NCBI GenBank assembly: GCA_965207065.1
Contig: OZ242260.1
Span: 3,194,514 to 3,258,513 of the forward strand
DNA: 64,000 bases
DNA from: a bacterium
GTDB lineage: Bacteria > UBA8248
Reading direction: 5' to 3'
Positions 45,934 to 59,987 of this stretch are shown here, piece by piece (position 1 is the first letter of the stretch; each line of letters starts with the position of its first letter). Made by a program: the position numbers and the translations under genes. Below the pieces are notes generated by a model. The model had not been told where the DNA came from. It saw nothing but the letters and a program-made list of their open reading frames with translations, and made no database searches.

Positions 45934-47352
45934 ATGTCCGCTCGTGATGAGCGGTCCGCGCAGACGGGCCATCTCCCCCCACAGAACATAGAAGCCGAGC
46001 AGCGCGTTCTGGGCGCTTTGCTGCTGGATGGCTCGATGGTGCCGCCCGTTATGGAGGTGTTGCGGCCGGAGCATTTCTACCGCATGAGCCACCGCGTGAT
46101 TTACGAGGGCATGCTCAGCCTTTTCGAGAAATCAGAACCCATCGACCTGCTTACCCTGGCCGATGCCCTGAAAAAGGCGGGAACGCTCGATACCGCGGGC
46201 GGGCCCGAATATATCGCGCGTCTGGCGGATGATGTTTCCAGCGCCAGGCGTGCTGAAATTTATGCGAAACTTGTAAGAAGCGCGGCATTGCTCAGAGAGC
46301 TAATCCACACCTCGAACGCCATCGCACAGAGAGCCTTCACAGGCGAGGAGGATATCGATACGCTCGTGGACGACGCCGAGCGCGCGATGTTGGAGGTTTC
46401 ATCCGGCAGGTATCAACAAAGCGTAGAGGGAATGCGCGACATCATCAAACATACGTTTCCCTACCTGGAAGACCTCTATGATCGCAAGGAACTGGTCACC
46501 GGCGTGCCCACGGGTTTCTCCGACTTGGACAAGCTGACGAGTGGTTTGCAGCCCGGGGAATTGGTCATCATCGCCGGTCGTCCCAGCATGGGTAAAACGG
46601 CGTTCGCCCTGTGCATCGCCGAATACGCCGCTTTGACCTCAAAAACCGCCACGGCGATATTCAGCCTTGAAATGAGTGCGCGGGCTTTGGCCATCCGCAT
46701 GATGTGTGGACGCGCCATGGTGAATTCCAGGCAGCTTCAGAGCGGCTACATGCCGTCTCAGAAATGGCCGGATTTGATTCGGAGTGCAGGTGAATTATCA
46801 GAGGCTTCCATATACGTGGACGATGCGACGGATTTGTCCGTATTCGACATCCGGGCGAAATGCCGCCGCATCCAGGCGGATCAGGGCCTTGGCCTCGTTG
46901 TGGTCGACTATCTCCAGCTAGTGCACCACAGGGGTCGTTCCATGGAGAATCGCCAGCGCGAGATCAGCGAAATATCTCGCGGCTTGAAAGGACTAGCGAA
47001 AGAACTCGATGTGCCCGTCGTGGCCCTCAGTCAGCTTTCAAGGGCGGTGGAATCAAGAGAGGGCAAGCGTCCCAACCTGGCCGATTTGCGCGAGTCAGGC
47101 TCTATCGAGCAGGATGCGGACGTCGTGGCCTTGCTTTACCGCGAGGAGTATTATGAGCCGAAAGCGGAGAACAAAGGACTCGCCACCGTCATTCTCGCCA
47201 AACAGCGTAACGGGCCGACCGGTGAACTCGAACTCAAGTTTTTCCCGGATTATGCGCGATTCGTAAATCTGGATTCATTCCATGAGAGCGCGGTTGTGGG
47301 CTCGCAAAATGCGGAACCGGGCTATCCCGATGAAGCGGATGCGCCGTTCTAG
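45934..47352 (+). CDS. dnaB: Replicative DNA helicase
   Basis: IIAGRPSMGKTAF Walker A. DnaB N-terminal domain QNIEAEQRVLGALLLD. Confidence 0.9.
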   Translation: MSARDERSAQTGHLPPQNIEAEQRVLGALLLDGSMVPPVMEVLRPEHFYRMSHRVIYEGMLSLFEKSEPIDLLTLADALKKAGTLDTAGGPEYIARLADDVSSARRAEIYAKLVRSAALLRELIHTSNAIAQRAFTGEEDIDTLVDDAERAMLEVSSGRYQQSVEGMRDIIKHTFPYLEDLYDRKELVTGVPTGFSDLDKLTSGLQPGELVIIAGRPSMGKTAFALCIAEYAALTSKTATAIFSLEMSARALAIRMMCGRAMVNSRQLQSGYMPSQKWPDLIRSAGELSEASIYVDDATDLSVFDIRAKCRRIQADQGLGLVVVDYLQLVHHRGRSMENRQREISEISRGLKGLAKELDVPVVALSQLSRAVESREGKRPNLADLRESGSIEQDADVVALLYREEYYEPKAENKGLATVILAKQRNGPTGELELKFFPDYARFVNLDSFHESAVVGSQNAEPGYPDEADAPF

Positions 47353-47394
47353 CGACGGAACAGCAATAATGTCTCCCCTAAGGGGGCTTTCTTT

Positions 47395-48570
47395 TTGAGC
47401 GAACATCTACTGCCGTCCGGATATCGCAACGCTCTTCTCATCGATCTGGACATCCTGATTCAAAATTATACAAATCTGACGAGTCTGCTTGCCTCTCGAG
47501 AACCGTTTGCCGTCGTGAAGGCGGAGGGCTACGGACACGGAGGCGTAGAGGTCGTTCGCGCTGTATATGAAGCGGGCGCCAAATGGTTCGGTGTGGCGGC
47601 CCTCGAAGAGGCGGAGGCGCTTCGGACTCATGAGATGGGAGATGGATTCGGCGATGCGCGTATATTGGTGATGAGCGATACGTTGGCGTATAACGCGAAA
47701 AGGCTGGTCGATGCGGATTGCGACGCCGCCGTCTGGCGCATGGATCAGGTGGAAGGCCTGGCGAGCGCGGCGAGAGAAGCAGGTAGAAAGGCGAGAGTCC
47801 ACGTCAAGGTGGATACGGGGATGGGGCGTCTGGGGTTGCGCCCGGCGGAAGCCGTCGATTTCTTCGAGAAGATCTCCCGAGAGGAGGGAGTCGAAATTGC
47901 CGGGTTGATGAGCCACCTCGCCCGGGCGGACGAAGAAGATGGAGAGGCAGCGACGGGCGCGCAAATTCGCGAGATGGAGGCGCTGGTCCATGCGCTTCGG
48001 GAGAAAAACCTGCTTCCCCCCTATGTCCACGTGTCGAACAGCGCGGGTTTGTTGAATTATCCCCGGGCGCCCGGCAATCTGGTGCGTCTGGGCATTGCGC
48101 TTTATGGGGCCTCGCCTCAGTTTTCCGGGAGCGTAACTCTCAAGACCGCCATGACGTGGGTGGCGAGAGTGTTGCAGGTGAAAGAGATCGATGCGGGCCG
48201 GCCGGTCGGTTACGGTGGAACTTATGAGAGAAACACTCCCGGTCGAATCGCAATCGTAGCGACGGGATATGGAGATGGCTATCCGCGCATTCTTTCCAAC
48301 CGTGCGGATGCGCTGGTCGGCGGCGTCAGGGTTCCGGTGGCGGGGCGCGTATCCATGGATATGCTGGCGCTGGATGTGTCTAAAGTAGAAGGCATCGCGC
48401 CAGGGGACGAAGTCGTCCTGCAGGGTGAGCAGGGCGATGGTGCCGTCAATTGCGAGGAATTGGCCGACAGGGCCGAAACGATACCCTATGAGATTATGTG
48501 CGGGGTGGGCGTCCGCGTCCCGAGAGTATATTTAAGAGAGGGCCGGGTGACCCATGTGCGCAAGTTGTAG
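47395..48570 (+). CDS. alr: Alanine racemase
   Basis: FAVVKAEGYGHG PLP-lysine motif. dnaB-alr adjacency. TTG start. Confidence 0.85.
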   Translation: MSEHLLPSGYRNALLIDLDILIQNYTNLTSLLASREPFAVVKAEGYGHGGVEVVRAVYEAGAKWFGVAALEEAEALRTHEMGDGFGDARILVMSDTLAYNAKRLVDADCDAAVWRMDQVEGLASAAREAGRKARVHVKVDTGMGRLGLRPAEAVDFFEKISREEGVEIAGLMSHLARADEEDGEAATGAQIREMEALVHALREKNLLPPYVHVSNSAGLLNYPRAPGNLVRLGIALYGASPQFSGSVTLKTAMTWVARVLQVKEIDAGRPVGYGGTYERNTPGRIAIVATGYGDGYPRILSNRADALVGGVRVPVAGRVSMDMLALDVSKVEGIAPGDEVVLQGEQGDGAVNCEELADRAETIPYEIMCGVGVRVPRVYLREGRVTHVRKL

Positions 48571-48602
48571 TGAATAGTTGCCTGAACTGAACGAGAGCGG
48601 CC

Positions 48603-50557
<1,955 letters not shown>

Positions 50558-50659
50558 GCGACTGATTCTTAATGCCTTTGTTGACAATGAGCGGGGGCTT
50601 TGCTACGAAGCCTTGGCTATGATGACAAGCAGGGCGTTTTTTCCATGGAGACATAGGGA

Positions 50660-51055
50660 ATGTTGGATTCATTAGCGGCATGGTTGGCTGATTCTTCTGT
50701 GGCGTATGCCATGGCTCCTCCTTCTGGCGGCGGCGGTGGCTCACCCAGTTTCCTGATTCAACTGGCGCCGTTCCTGATGATTTTCGCCATCATTTATTTC
50801 ATCATGATCAGACCCCAGCAGAAGAAACAGCAGGAAATCCGCAGGATGCAGGAGGCTCTCAAGCCTGGAGATCAGGTAGTCGTGAGCGGGATCCTGGGTG
50901 AAGTTCTGAGAATCAAAGACGATATCGTAACGCTGAAAGTGGACGAAAACATGCGTATTCGCGTTCAAAGGTCATTTGTGACGGTTATTCCCTCGAGCGC
51001 GAATGCGGAGCAGGCCAAGGCTCCCCAGAAAGAACAACCAGAAAAACAAAAGTGA
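50660..51055 (+). CDS. yajC: Preprotein translocase subunit YajC (start possibly at the internal ATG 50711)
   Basis: LAPFLMIFAIIYFIMIRPQQKKQQE...GDQVVVSGILGEV. Confidence 0.8.
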   Translation: MLDSLAAWLADSSVAYAMAPPSGGGGGSPSFLIQLAPFLMIFAIIYFIMIRPQQKKQQEIRRMQEALKPGDQVVVSGILGEVLRIKDDIVTLKVDENMRIRVQRSFVTVIPSSANAEQAKAPQKEQPEKQK

Positions 51056-51130
51056 AGTCATTTCACCTTCACTCGGTGAAATGGTTTTCGGTACGGGTGG
51101 CATGGAACCATCCGGCGTAAGGAGAGTTTC

Positions 51131-52681
51131 ATGAGGGGTGTAAGCTGGCGGGCGGCTGCGATAGCCATCGTTATCGTCGTTTCCGCGTTTTATCTGATTC
51201 CACCGGAAGAGCGCATCAATCTCGGGCTTGATTTGCAGGGCGGGATTCATCTGGTCCTCGAGGTGCAGTCCGAAAAAGCGGTGGAATCGAAAATGAGCCG
51301 CTACTTCACCGAGCTTCGAAACCGCCTTTCGTTAGACGACATACGGACCCGTACCTTCAAGCGCGACGGGTTGAGACTGACCGTGACCCTGCATCGTCCC
51401 GGTGACAGGGGCCGTTTCCTCTCCATGATGCAGAACTACCCGGATCTCACCCTGGAGCGGGAAGAGGGCAAGCCGCCGACGTTCGCCTATTTCCTCTCCT
51501 CACAACAGGTGGAGCGCACGAAAGAGCAGGCCATCATTCAGGCGCTCGAGACGATTCGGAACCGAATCGATCAGTTCGGCGTGCGTGAACCCACGCTCCA
51601 GCGACAGGGAGAACGTCGCATCATCATCCAGCTTCCGGGAGTGGAAGACCCCTCCCGGGCGAAGTCTCTGATCGGCAAAACGGCGCTCTTGGAGTTCAAG
51701 ATGGTGGACAGTCAGGCCAACGTCGCGAGTGCGCTGGAAAGGGGTCGTTCGCCCGAGGGACTGCAGCTTTTGTATGAAGTATCGAGAGACAGGCAGACGG
51801 GCGAGGTGATCGAGCGTACGCCCCTGCTGGTGAAAAGAGAAGCCGCCCTGACCGGCGATAATTTAACCGATGCGCGCGTGGAAATCGGAGACCGCTTCAA
51901 CCAGTCCTACGTGGCCATTGCGTTCGATTCCGTGGGGGCGGATGCGTTCGACCGCCTTACGGCGGCCAATGTGGGCAGGCGCCTCGCCATCGTGCTCGAT
52001 GGTGTCGTTTACAGCGCGCCCGTCATTCAGGAGCGAATCAGCCAGGGCAGGGCGCAGATTACGGGGAGTTTCACGCTCGAAGAGGCGACGGATCTGGCGA
52101 TTGCTCTGAGAGCGGGCGCGCTCCCCGCTCCCGTGGAAGTGCTGGAAGAAAGAAACGTCGGTCCATCACTCGGAGCCGATTCCGTGCGTCAGGGTCTCAT
52201 CAGCATCATCGTAGGTTTCGTTCTCGTTCTGATATTCATGGGTATCTATTACAAACTGAGCGGCGCAGTGGCCATCATGGCGCTCCTGTTCAACCTGTTG
52301 ATCCTCATGGGTGCGCTCGGATTCTTCGGCGCCACACTTACCCTGCCCGGCATCGCAGGCATCGTGCTGACGGTCGGTATGGCGGTCGACGCCAATGTCC
52401 TGATTTTCGAGCGCATCAGGGAAGAATTGCGCCTGGGGAAAACAATCCGCTCCGCCATCGAATCGGGATACGGCAAAGCCTTCCTCACGATTCTGGACGC
52501 GAATATAACGACGCTCATCGCAGCACTCGTGCTCCTGCAATTCGGGACGGGACCCATCAAGGGATTCGCCGTTACCCTGAGCATCGGCATCGTGGCGAGC
52601 ATGTTCACCGCGATTTTCGTCACCCGATTCGTATATGACTTCTTCTTGTACCGAACCGACGTGAGGAGTTTGAGCATCTAA
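51131..52681 (+). CDS. secD: Protein translocase subunit SecD
   Basis: 516 aa. Periplasmic domain plus C-terminal 6-TM RND-like core. Confidence 0.9.
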   Translation: MRGVSWRAAAIAIVIVVSAFYLIPPEERINLGLDLQGGIHLVLEVQSEKAVESKMSRYFTELRNRLSLDDIRTRTFKRDGLRLTVTLHRPGDRGRFLSMMQNYPDLTLEREEGKPPTFAYFLSSQQVERTKEQAIIQALETIRNRIDQFGVREPTLQRQGERRIIIQLPGVEDPSRAKSLIGKTALLEFKMVDSQANVASALERGRSPEGLQLLYEVSRDRQTGEVIERTPLLVKREAALTGDNLTDARVEIGDRFNQSYVAIAFDSVGADAFDRLTAANVGRRLAIVLDGVVYSAPVIQERISQGRAQITGSFTLEEATDLAIALRAGALPAPVEVLEERNVGPSLGADSVRQGLISIIVGFVLVLIFMGIYYKLSGAVAIMALLFNLLILMGALGFFGATLTLPGIAGIVLTVGMAVDANVLIFERIREELRLGKTIRSAIESGYGKAFLTILDANITTLIAALVLLQFGTGPIKGFAVTLSIGIVASMFTAIFVTRFVYDFFLYRTDVRSLSI

Positions 52682-53610
52682 TGGAAATTATCCGGCCAGA
52701 CGCATCATACGACATCATCGGCAAAACAAAGCTCTTCGTCGGCATCTCCACTGTGGTCGTCTTGTTGTCCGTTCTTCTGCTTATGACCAAGGGTATCAAC
52801 TACGGCATCGATTTCACCGGCGGCACGCTGGTTCAGGTGCAGTTCAAGGAAGCCAAGCCGATCGGCGACGTGCGAAGCGCCGTCGGGGGGCTTTCTTTGG
52901 GCGATACGGTCATCCAGAATTTCGGCTCCGAGGGGGAGTTCCTGATTCGTGTGGAGAAAAGCTCGGGCGACATCGAGGGTGTCGAATCCGTCGTGAAAAC
53001 AGCGCTCATCAAAAAATTCGGCAAAGAAGCATTCGAGATGCGCAGAACCGAAATGGTGGGCCCAAAAGTGGGCGCGGATTTACGCCAGAAGGCGCTGAGC
53101 AGCATGCTCTTCGCCCTCATCGGCATTCTCATCTACATCAGCTTCCGGTTCCAGTTCCGACAGGCGATAGCGTCGGTCGTGGCGCTTTTGCACGACGTCA
53201 TCATCACGCTCGGCGTTTTTTCCTTGTCAGGCAAGGAGTTCACGCTCCCCATCGTGGCGGCCGTCTTGACGATCATCGGTTATTCATTGAACGACACCAT
53301 CGTCGTGTTCGACCGCATTCGCGAAAATACACGGGCTTCGAGACGCGCCGAGTTATCCGGGCTCGTCAACAAATCCATCAACCAGACTCTCTCCCGTACG
53401 CTGCTCACCTCCGGGACGACTTTGGTCGCCGTGCTGGCGTTCCTCATACTTGGTGGCGATATAATCTCCGACGTGGCGTTCGCGCTGGCAGTGGGCATTG
53501 TGGCCGGTACGTATTCTTCCATCTACGTGGCGAGCCCCATCCTTCTCGCATGGCCGGAGCCGGCGCGCCGAGGCTCCAGAAGCAAGAGAAGTTCCACCGC
53601 TAAAGCCTGA
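52681..53610 (+). CDS. secF: Protein translocase subunit SecF
   Basis: 309 aa. Follows secD with stop/start overlap. Confidence 0.9.
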   Translation: MEIIRPDASYDIIGKTKLFVGISTVVVLLSVLLLMTKGINYGIDFTGGTLVQVQFKEAKPIGDVRSAVGGLSLGDTVIQNFGSEGEFLIRVEKSSGDIEGVESVVKTALIKKFGKEAFEMRRTEMVGPKVGADLRQKALSSMLFALIGILIYISFRFQFRQAIASVVALLHDVIITLGVFSLSGKEFTLPIVAAVLTIIGYSLNDTIVVFDRIRENTRASRRAELSGLVNKSINQTLSRTLLTSGTTLVAVLAFLILGGDIISDVAFALAVGIVAGTYSSIYVASPILLAWPEPARRGSRSKRSSTAKA

Positions 53611-53625
53611 GTAAATCCCGGGAAA

Positions 53626-53646
53626 GGGCAGAGGGTGTTTCTGCCC
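53626..53646. terminator. Candidate bidirectional hairpin between convergent secF and argG
   Basis: GGGCAGA gggtgtt TCTGCCC. No strong T-tract, so a weak call. Confidence 0.3.
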
Positions 53647-53748
53647 GGAAGAGCGTTTACACATCCCCGCCTAGGTAATGAAATCCTCTCTCAGAGTTAT
53701 CACTCCATAGAAGATTCCGTACTGTCTTAGGTTCTGGGTTCTGAAATT

Positions 53749-54952
<1,204 letters not shown>

Positions 54953-54966
<14 letters not shown>

Positions 54967-55891
54967 TTCCTCCGGCTAGAATTTGAAGGAGAATCTTCTG
55001 GGCGTGGAGCCGGTTCCCGGCCTGCGTGAAGACGACGCTCCTGGGGCCGTCGATCACGTCCGCCGTCACCTCCTCTCCCCTGTGCGCGGGGAGGCAGTGC
55101 ATGAAAACGGCGTCTTTATGCGCATGCCGGAAAACTCTCTCGTTTACCTGGTATGGGGCCAGGGCTTTCTGGCGGCGTTCGTTCTCATCTTCCTGTCCCA
55201 TGGAGGCCCACACGTCCGTATAAACGGCGTGGGCGTCCGCGCATGCTTCTTCCACGTCCTCGGTGATATGGATTTGCGCGTTCGATTCTTGCGCTGAACC
55301 CAGGGCCTGCTCCAGGATGTTGGCGTCTGGCCAATACCCATTCGGACATGCCGCGCTGACGTGGACGCCGATTAAAGCGCCTACGATGAGCAGCGAGTGC
55401 AGCACGTTGTTGCCGTCTCCCAGATAGGCGAGCTTAAGGCCATCCAGTGCGCCGTAGTGCTCTCTCATCGTGAGGAAATCGGCGAGCGCCTGGCAGGGGT
55501 GGTGGAGGTCCGTCAGCCCGTTGATGACGGGGACGCTCGCGTTCGCTGCGATTTCCTCCACGCGCGCGTGCGCATACGTTCTGACGACGATGCCGTCCAC
55601 GTATTCGCTCAAAACCTTTGCGCTGTCCGCAGGGGTTTCCCCCCGGGCGATCTGCGTGTCGTTCGGCGCCAGGAAAATGGTGCTGGCCCCCAGTTGGGTG
55701 AGACCCGCCTCGAAGGAAACCCGTGTCCGTGTGGAGTGCTTCTCGAAGATGAGCGCAAAGTTCTTTCCCGACAGCGCAGGGCGGAGTTTTCCTTGCGCCG
55801 TTTCTTTTTTCTGGACGAGTGCCTCTTCGATGAGTCCGATAGTCTGCGCGGCGCTCAGTTCCTCGCCGGTCAGGTAGTCGAGCTTTTTCAT
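54953..55891 (-). CDS. argF: Ornithine carbamoyltransferase
   Basis: STRTRVSFE carbamoyl-phosphate motif, HCLPA. Confidence 0.85.
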
Positions 55892-57081
55892 TTCACAAGA
55901 TCCGAGAGGGCCTCATCGAGGAAATTCATCAGCTTGTCGATCATCTCTTTTTCCACGACGAGGGGAGGTATGAGCCGGATGACCTTCTGGACGGCCACGT
56001 TGAGCAAAAAGCCCGCTTCCAGGCCCTTCGTGACGATGGAGGTCGCGTCCACGTCCACCTCGCAGCCGATGATCAGGCCCTTGCCCCTGATATCCTTGAT
56101 GATGGCGTGCCGCGTCGCCAATTCCTCGAGTCCGGCGGTGGCGTACGCTCCCATCTCCTGTACGTGTTCGAGGAATCCGGGCGCGGTGATGGCGTCCATC
56201 GCGGCGCACCCAGCGGCGGTGGCCAGGGGGTTGCCGCCGAACGTCGCCGCATGATCGCCCGGTTCGAACGCCATGGCCTTGTCCGATGCGACCAGCGCGC
56301 CGATGGCGGTTCCGCCCGCCAGGGCCTTCGCGAGACTCATGGCGTCGGGCGCCACGCCCTCGTGCTCGTACGCCCAGAGTTTTCCCGTCCTGCCCAGTCC
56401 GACCTGGACCTCATCGAAGAGAAGCAGCAAATCGTTCGCGTCGCAAATCTCACGCAAGCCTTTAAGGTAGCCATCGGGCGGCACGTTCACGCCGCCCTCG
56501 CCCTGGATGGGCTCCACCATGATTGCGCAGGTATGCTCCGAAACCGAGGCGGCTACGGACTCCACATCGCCGAAGGGCAGGTAGCGGAACCCGGGCAGCA
56601 GCGGCTTGAAAGCCCCGTGAAATTTTTCTTGACCCGTGGCGGTGAGCGAGGCCATGGTGCGGCCATGGAAGCTCATGTCGAAGCTCAGTATCTCGTGGCG
56701 GCCTTCCCCGTATTTATTGAACGAATACTTTCTGGCGAGCTTGAGCGCCGCTTCGACGGCTTCGGTGCCGCTGTTGCAGAAAAACGCCTTATCGCCGAAA
56801 GAGAGCCGGTTCAGCCTTTTCGCCAGCTCTATCTGGGGTTCGATGTGGTAGAGGTTCGAGACGTGGATCAGCTTTCCGGCTTGCTCCCTGATGGCGGCCA
56901 CCACGCCGGGGTGGCAATGCCCGAGATTGCACACCGCCAGGCCGGATACGAAATCCAGATACTCTTTCCCGTCCGCATCCCAGGTGCGGCAACCCTCGCC
57001 ACGGACCAACGCGATGGGGTAGCGCCCGTAGGTAGGGGCGACGTTGAGTTCGGCGTCCGAGATCAGTGTGGCGTTGTCCAT
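55888..57081 (-). CDS. argD: Acetylornithine aminotransferase (class III PLP aminotransferase)
   Basis: Start at the internal ATG (MDNATLISDA...). LFDEVQVGLGRTG PLP-lysine region. Confidence 0.85.
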   Translation of the reverse strand: MDNATLISDAELNVAPTYGRYPIALVRGEGCRTWDADGKEYLDFVSGLAVCNLGHCHPGVVAAIREQAGKLIHVSNLYHIEPQIELAKRLNRLSFGDKAFFCNSGTEAVEAALKLARKYSFNKYGEGRHEILSFDMSFHGRTMASLTATGQEKFHGAFKPLLPGFRYLPFGDVESVAASVSEHTCAIMVEPIQGEGGVNVPPDGYLKGLREICDANDLLLLFDEVQVGLGRTGKLWAYEHEGVAPDAMSLAKALAGGTAIGALVASDKAMAFEPGDHAATFGGNPLATAAGCAAMDAITAPGFLEHVQEMGAYATAGLEELATRHAIIKDIRGKGLIIGCEVDVDATSIVTKGLEAGFLLNVAVQKVIRLIPPLVVEKEMIDKLMNFLDEALSDLVK

Positions 57082-57101
57082 GCTTTTCCCCAATAAAGAA
57101 G

Positions 57102-57977
57102 CTATCTGACGATTTGCGTGCCCACGCCTTCTTTCGTGAACACTTCGAGCAAAACAGCGTGTGAAACCCTTCCGTCGACGATGTGGGTTTTCGTGACGTC
57201 CGATGAGAGGGCGTCCAGACACGCGTCGACTTTCGGGATCATCCCGCCGGTGATGATTTTCTCGTCTTTGAGCCTGTTGACATCATCGCGCTTCACGGTG
57301 CTGATCAGGTTTTCGCTTTCATCCAGAATGCCGGGCACGTCCGTCAGGAGGATGAATTTTTCCGCATGAAGCGCCCCGGCGATGGCGCCCGCCGCCGAAT
57401 CGGCGTTGATGTTGTAGACGTTGCCGTCCTGCCCAACGCCCAAAGGAGCGATAACGGGGATGAAACCGCCATCGGTAAGATGGTGGATGATGTCGGGCCG
57501 TATGGCCAGGACCTCGCCGACGCGCCCCAGGTCATATTCCACGTCCTCTCCGCCGGGCCCTTTTCTGTTCATGATCAATTTCTTCGCCGTCGTAAGCCCT
57601 GCGTCCGATCCGGAAAGGCCCACGGCGTTACCCCCGTGCCGGTTGATGAGTCTCACGATGCTCTTGTTCGTGGCGCCGGAAAGCACCATCTCCACGACGC
57701 CGACCGTTTCCTCGTCCGTCACCCGGAGGCCTTCGATGAACTCGCTGGTCTTGCCGATTTTCTTGAGGGTTTCGCCGATTTGAGGCCCGCCGCCGTGGAC
57801 GACGACCACGTTGATACCCACGTACTTGAGCAGCACGATGTCCTGGGCGAAGGGGGCGTGAAGCTCCGGCTGCACCTGGGCGGCGCCGCCGTATTTGACG
57901 ACGATGGTCTTGCCCGCAAACTGTTGGATATAGGGCAGCGCTTCAACGAGCGTCGCCGCCCTGTCTCTTGGTTCCAT
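57102..57977 (-). CDS. argB: Acetylglutamate kinase
   Basis: TIVVKYGGAA, VVVHGGGPQI motifs. Confidence 0.9.
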   Translation of the reverse strand: MEPRDRAATLVEALPYIQQFAGKTIVVKYGGAAQVQPELHAPFAQDIVLLKYVGINVVVVHGGGPQIGETLKKIGKTSEFIEGLRVTDEETVGVVEMVLSGATNKSIVRLINRHGGNAVGLSGSDAGLTTAKKLIMNRKGPGGEDVEYDLGRVGEVLAIRPDIIHHLTDGGFIPVIAPLGVGQDGNVYNINADSAAGAIAGALHAEKFILLTDVPGILDESENLISTVKRDDVNRLKDEKIITGGMIPKVDACLDALSSDVTKTHIVDGRVSHAVLLEVFTKEGVGTQIVR

Positions 57978-58080
57978 GTCTAAACCTTCAAAAAGAAACG
58001 ATGAAATACGGGTCTCTCGTCATAAGCCGAGAAATATACACTTCCCCGAGGCGCAAGGCCAAGGGGGAAGGGCAGAAGGT

Positions 58081-59442
58081 TTAGAGAATATAACGGCTCA
58101 AGTCAAGGTCTTCGACGATGTCGCTCAAGCGCTCGCGCACGTAGGCGGCGTCTATCTCCACGTTTTCGCCGGACATCTCGGGGGCCCGGAAAGAAATTTC
58201 CTCGAGAAGCCGCTCCATGATGGTGTGGAGTCTTCTGGCGCCGATGTTCTCGGTCTGCTCGTTGATGCGGAATGCGAAGTGGGCCACTTCCTTCACGGCG
58301 TCTTCCCCGAACGTGATGTTGACGCCCTCCGTCGCCAGAAGAGCCGGGTATTGGCGCACAAGCGCGTTCTCGGGTTCCTGGAGTATGCGGATGAAATCAT
58401 CGCGGTCCAGGGAGTCGAGTTCCACGCGGATGGGGAAACGGCCCTGCAGTTCAGGCAGGAGGTCCGAGGGCTTGGCCATGTGGAACGCTCCCGCCGCGAT
58501 GAAGAGGATGTGGTCCGTCTTCGCCGGGCCGTACTTGGTCTGTACGGTGGAACCCTCCACGATGGGGAGCAGGTCTCTTTGCACGCCTTCGCGCGAGACG
58601 TCGGGGCCGCCTCTTCCGTTGTTCTGGGCGGCGACCTTGTCGACTTCATCGAGAAACACGATGCCGGACTGCTCGGTGCGTTCGATGGCCTCGGCGTTCA
58701 GGTTGTCCGGGTCGATGAGCTTGTCCGCCTCATCCTGGGCGAGATACTCGAAAGCTTCGGGCACCTTCATGCGCCTGCTCTTGGGGGCTTGAGGCATGAA
58801 GTTTCCCATGATTTCCTTCATGTTGATCCCGATTTGATCCATGTCGTTCCCGCCCATGAAATGAATTTCGGGGCCTTTATCCGCCACTTCTATCTCCACT
58901 TCACGGTCGTCGAGTTTGCCTTCGAGCAAAAGGGCGCGAAACTTCTGCCGTGTTCGCTGGTAGCTTTCCTCGCCGAGCGGGTCCTTGGATTGGCCCCGCT
59001 CGTCCATCGCGCCGAATCCGGGAGGATGCGGCAAGAGCATGTCGAGGAGCCGCTCTTCGGCCAGTTCCTGGGCTTTGGCTTTGTTGATATCGCGTTGTTC
59101 TTCCTGGACGATGTTCCGCGCCAGTTCGACGAGATCGCGAATCATGCTCTCGACGTCCCGGCCTACGTAGCCCACCTCGGTGAATTTGCTGGCTTCGACC
59201 TTGATAAAGGGGCTTTTGGTTAGCTTGGCCAGGCGTCTTGCGATCTCGGTTTTCCCTACGCCGGTGGGGCCTATCATGATGATGTTCTTGGGAGCCACGT
59301 CCTCCGCCATCTCGGGCGGCAGTTGTTGTCTTCGCCAGCGGTTTCTGAGCGCAATCGCCACTGCTCGTTTGGCGTCCTTCTGGCCGACGACGTAGCGGTC
59401 AAGTTCCTCGACGATTCGAGTAGGCGTGAGATTTTCCATCAA
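58081..59442 (-). CDS. hslU: ATP-dependent protease ATPase subunit HslU
   Basis: [18 protein letters not shown] Walker A. 453 aa. Confidence 0.95.
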   Translation of the reverse strand: MMENLTPTRIVEELDRYVVGQKDAKRAVAIALRNRWRRQQLPPEMAEDVAPKNIIMIGPTGVGKTEIARRLAKLTKSPFIKVEASKFTEVGYVGRDVESMIRDLVELARNIVQEEQRDINKAKAQELAEERLLDMLLPHPPGFGAMDERGQSKDPLGEESYQRTRQKFRALLLEGKLDDREVEIEVADKGPEIHFMGGNDMDQIGINMKEIMGNFMPQAPKSRRMKVPEAFEYLAQDEADKLIDPDNLNAEAIERTEQSGIVFLDEVDKVAAQNNGRGGPDVSREGVQRDLLPIVEGSTVQTKYGPAKTDHILFIAAGAFHMAKPSDLLPELQGRFPIRVELDSLDRDDFIRILQEPENALVRQYPALLATEGVNITFGEDAVKEVAHFAFRINEQTENIGARRLHTIMERLLEEISFRAPEMSGENVEIDAAYVRERLSDIVEDLDLSRYIL

Positions 59443-59987
59443 AGGGTTTCCACTGAAATGTTGCTGTTGGTGTAGATGCAGATATCAGATGTGATTTCCA
59501 GAGATTTTCTTACGATTTCATCTGCGTTCAATTCAGGCTCCAGACTTAGGATTCCGCGCGCGGCGGCGATGGCCATGGGGCCTCCGCTGCCGATACCAAG
59601 CACGCCGTCATCCGGCTCGATGATGTCTCCCGTACCCGAGAGGATGAGCGAGGTATTCTCGTTCGCCACTGCCAGGAGGGCTTCCAGGCGGCGCAAGACC
59701 CTGTCCGTCCGCCAGTCCTTGCCCATCTCCACGGCGGCGCGGGAGAGGTTTCCCCGGAATTCTTCGAGCTTGCCCTCGAAGCGCTCGAACAGGGCGATGG
59801 CGTCGGAAGCCGAACCAGCGAAACCGGCGAGGACTTTCCCGTCGCCGAGCTTGCGGATTTTCACGGCGCCGTGCTTTACCGCTGCATTTCCCATGGTGAC
59901 CTGCCCATCCCCGCCGAGAGCAGTTTGTCCTTTATAGCGTAGAGCGAGAATGGTTGTGGAGCGAATAACTTCACCTGGCGTCGTCAT
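59439..59987 (-). CDS. hslV: ATP-dependent protease subunit HslV
   Basis: [12 protein letters not shown]... N-terminal Thr protease. Confidence 0.95.
   Translation of the reverse strand: MTTPGEVIRSTTILALRYKGQTALGGDGQVTMGNAAVKHGAVKIRKLGDGKVLAGFAGSASDAIALFERFEGKLEEFRGNLSRAAVEMGKDWRTDRVLRRLEALLAVANENTSLILSGTGDIIEPDDGVLGIGSGGPMAIAAARGILSLEPELNADEIVRKSLEITSDICIYTNSNISVETL

Noticed and set aside
57976-59223. 415-aa ORF on the + strand
   Set aside because: It is antisense to hslU.
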